Shown one piece after another: positions 61,670-64,000 of a stretch of 64,000 nucleotides of DNA. The notes under the pieces are model-generated. The model made no database searches, was not told the DNA's origin, and saw nothing but the letters and a program-made list of their open reading frames with translations. Every line of letters begins with the position of its first letter. The first letter of the stretch is position 1. This stretch comes from Mytilus californianus (lineage: Eukaryota): the NCBI RefSeq assembly GCF_021869535.1, contig NW_026262734.1, positions 69,440,001 through 69,504,000 of the forward strand. Direction: 5' to 3'. Both the position numbers and the translations under genes were made by a program.

Positions 61670-61788
61670 GTCTACGACCATATCACGCTGAAAACACCGG
61701 TTCTCGTCCGATCACCGAAGTTAAGCAGCGTCGAGCTCGGTTAGTACTTGGATGGGTGACCGCCTGGGAATACCGGGTGTTGTAGACA
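61670..61788 (+). rRNA. 5S rRNA
   Basis: Array copy. Confidence 0.98.
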
Positions 61789-62260
61789 TTCCTTTTTGTA
61801 ATTATTTAGTCTGTTCATATCTTCTTTCTCCTAAACTTGTCATCCATTTTTTTCTATTTTTTTCTTCGTATTATCTTGTCCTTGTTCGTTTCCCTTGATG
61901 AAAACTGTTTTAAAAAGGGCGACAGACGAATTCCTAAGTCACTACAGTTCTTATAACAACTATACCGGTAGATTTATCAAATTAGAAAAAAACACGAATT
62001 GTTTATAATCGTTGCGCTTTGACTGCAATATGAGTTAAAAAAGGATGTACGTCCTCTCCATTGTCGAATATTGTCATAGCGACGTTATGCGAAATCGAGA
62101 ACACAGAAAGCTCGTGGCTGGTTTGGTAAGTCTTTAGAACGTGAGCACAAAACTAATTTCAAATGCTGTTATGTAGCTACAATAACAGCTTTTTTTTCAA
62201 CGAATCTTTGAGAAAAAGTGCGATTGGGCAGAATATGTTGTAAGGCTAGTAAAAATTGTC

Positions 62261-62333
62261 TACCTCCGACGGGACTCGAACCCGCAATCCCCGGCTTAGG
62301 AGGCCGGTGCCTTATCCATTGGGCCACGGAGGC
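62261..62333 (-). tRNA. tRNA-Arg(CCT)
   Basis: Array copy. Confidence 0.97.
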
Positions 62334-62652
62334 GTATGTAGTTGTGCATTTTAATACCCATGCAATTCGTGGACGTCGTTTCTGTAAATTCGCACATATC
62401 CTTGAAATCAACTTTCTAGTGAACTTGAAAAATAATAATAAGGAGGGCAGAAACTACAAAAAGAAAACTGCATTTTAAGTTTAATTGACTTAGACCACCA
62501 TAGATCGATCTCATATGAATATAAACTTCAGCAGTTTTTTTTAAGTTTTCTGTATAAAAATCCTATGTCGAAATTATTTCTATTTTCAATATTAAAGCGA
62601 TAAGTCTCCGGCGTTTCTTAGCTTTATATACCTTTATTTTAGACACAATTGT

Positions 62653-62771
62653 GTCTACGACCATATCACGCTGAAAACACCGGTTCTCGTCCGATCACCG
62701 AAGTTAAGCAGCGTCGAGCTCGGTTAGTACTTGGATGGGTGACCGCCTGGGAATACCGGGTGTTGTAGACA
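62653..62771 (+). rRNA. 5S rRNA
   Basis: Array copy. Confidence 0.98.
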
Positions 62772-63243
62772 TTCCTTTTTGTAATTATTTAGTCTGTTCA
62801 TATCTTCTTTCTCCTAAACTTGTCATCCATTTTTTTCTATTTTTTTCTTCGTATTATCTTGTCCTTGTTCGTTTCCCTTGATGAAAACTGTTTTAAAAAG
62901 GGCGACAGACGAATTCCTAAGTCACTACAGTTCTTATAACAACTATACCGGTAGATTTATCAAATTAGAAAAAAACACGAATTGTTTATAATCGTTGCGC
63001 TTTGACTGCAATATGAGTTAAAAAAGGATGTACGTCCTCTCCATTGTCGAATATTGTCATAGCGACGTTATGCGAAATCGAGAACACAGAAAGCTCGTGG
63101 CTGGTTTGGTAAGTCTTTAGAACGTGAGCACAAAACTAATTTCAAATGCTGTTATGTAGCTACAATAACAGCTTTTTTTTCAACGAATCTTTGAGAAAAA
63201 GTGCGATTGGGCAGAATATGTTGTAAGGCTAGTAAAAATTGTC

Positions 63244-63316
63244 TACCTCCGACGGGACTCGAACCCGCAATCCCCGGCTTAGGAGGCCGGTGCCTTATCC
63301 ATTGGGCCACGGAGGC
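63244..63316 (-). tRNA. tRNA-Arg(CCT)
   Basis: Array copy. Confidence 0.97.
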
Positions 63317-63635
63317 GTATGTAGTTGTGCATTTTAATACCCATGCAATTCGTGGACGTCGTTTCTGTAAATTCGCACATATCCTTGAAATCAACTTTCT
63401 AGTGAACTTGAAAAATAATAATAAGGAGGGCAGAAACTACAAAAAGAAAACTGCATTTTAAGTTTAATTGACTTAGACCACCATAGATCGATCTCATATG
63501 AATATAAACTTCAGCAGTTTTTTTTAAGTTTTCTGTATAAAAATCCTATGTCGAAATTATTTCTATTTTCAATATTAAAGCGATAAGTCTCCGGCGTTTC
63601 TTAGCTTTATATACCTTTATTTTAGACACAATTGT

Positions 63636-63754
63636 GTCTACGACCATATCACGCTGAAAACACCGGTTCTCGTCCGATCACCGAAGTTAAGCAGCGTCGA
63701 GCTCGGTTAGTACTTGGATGGGTGACCGCCTGGGAATACCGGGTGTTGTAGACA
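63636..63754 (+). rRNA. 5S rRNA
   Basis: Array copy. Confidence 0.98.
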
Positions 63755-64000
63755 TTCCTTTTTGTAATTATTTAGTCTGTTCATATCTTCTTTCTCCTAA
63801 ACTTGTCATCCATTTTTTTCTATTTTTTTCTTCGTATTATCTTGTCCTTGTTCGTTTCCCTTGATGAAAACTGTTTTAAAAAGGGCGACAGACGAATTCC
63901 TAAGTCACTACAGTTCTTATAACAACTATACCGGTAGATTTATCAAATTAGAAAAAAACACGAATTGTTTATAATCGTTGCGCTTTGACTGCAATATGAG

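Larger units (their letters stand above)
44987..64000. repeat. 983-bp tandem array of 5S rRNA + tRNA-Arg(CCT) units (>19 units, runs off the window)
   Basis: Exact 983-bp periodicity in the ORF track and the sequence. Confidence 0.99.

Noticed and set aside
45458-63461. Repeated 80-aa and 86-aa ORFs every 983 bp
   Set aside because: They overlap the tRNA gene on either strand and are shadow ORFs of the array
44987-64000. CRISPR-like or protein-coding tandem array
   Set aside because: The spacers are identical rather than unique, the unit is 983 bp, and the content is fully explained by 5S and tRNA genes in a eukaryote

Overview
AT-rich animal genomic DNA, most likely from a mussel (Mytilus sp.), judged from the near-identity of the one protein-coding gene to the M. 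edulis enzyme as I recall it. (1) 1-13.5 kb is repeat-rich. It holds a 47-48 bp satellite that switches orientation near 8.04 kb, MITEs and an IS3EU-like transposase relic. (2) 13,718-33,544 (+) is a 9-exon phosphoenolpyruvate phosphomutase gene (C-P bond formation, 329 aa). Two extra 5' exons put a 34-aa mitochondrial-presequence-like leader in front of the familiar 'MS(T/N)KVKKTTQ' start. Intron 1 holds a PHD-EN-RT LINE interrupted by a Naiad-type Penelope-like element. That element has an in-frame UGA at a Cys-like position and a SECIS-like hairpin in its 3' UTR, consistent with a decayed selenoprotein-encoding retroelement. Other introns carry HINE/MITE insertions and a decayed hammerhead ribozyme. 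(3) 40.6-44.0 kb is a 2.1-copy tandem duplication of a ~1.58 kb unit containing a TGT...ACA MITE. (4) 44,987 to the window end is a near-identical 983-bp tandem array. Each unit has one 5S rRNA gene (+) and one tRNA-Arg(CCT) gene (-): 19 intact 5S genes, one 5'-truncated 5S gene and 19 tRNAs. Everything was done by eye. Family assignments rest on recalled motifs and need database confirmation.
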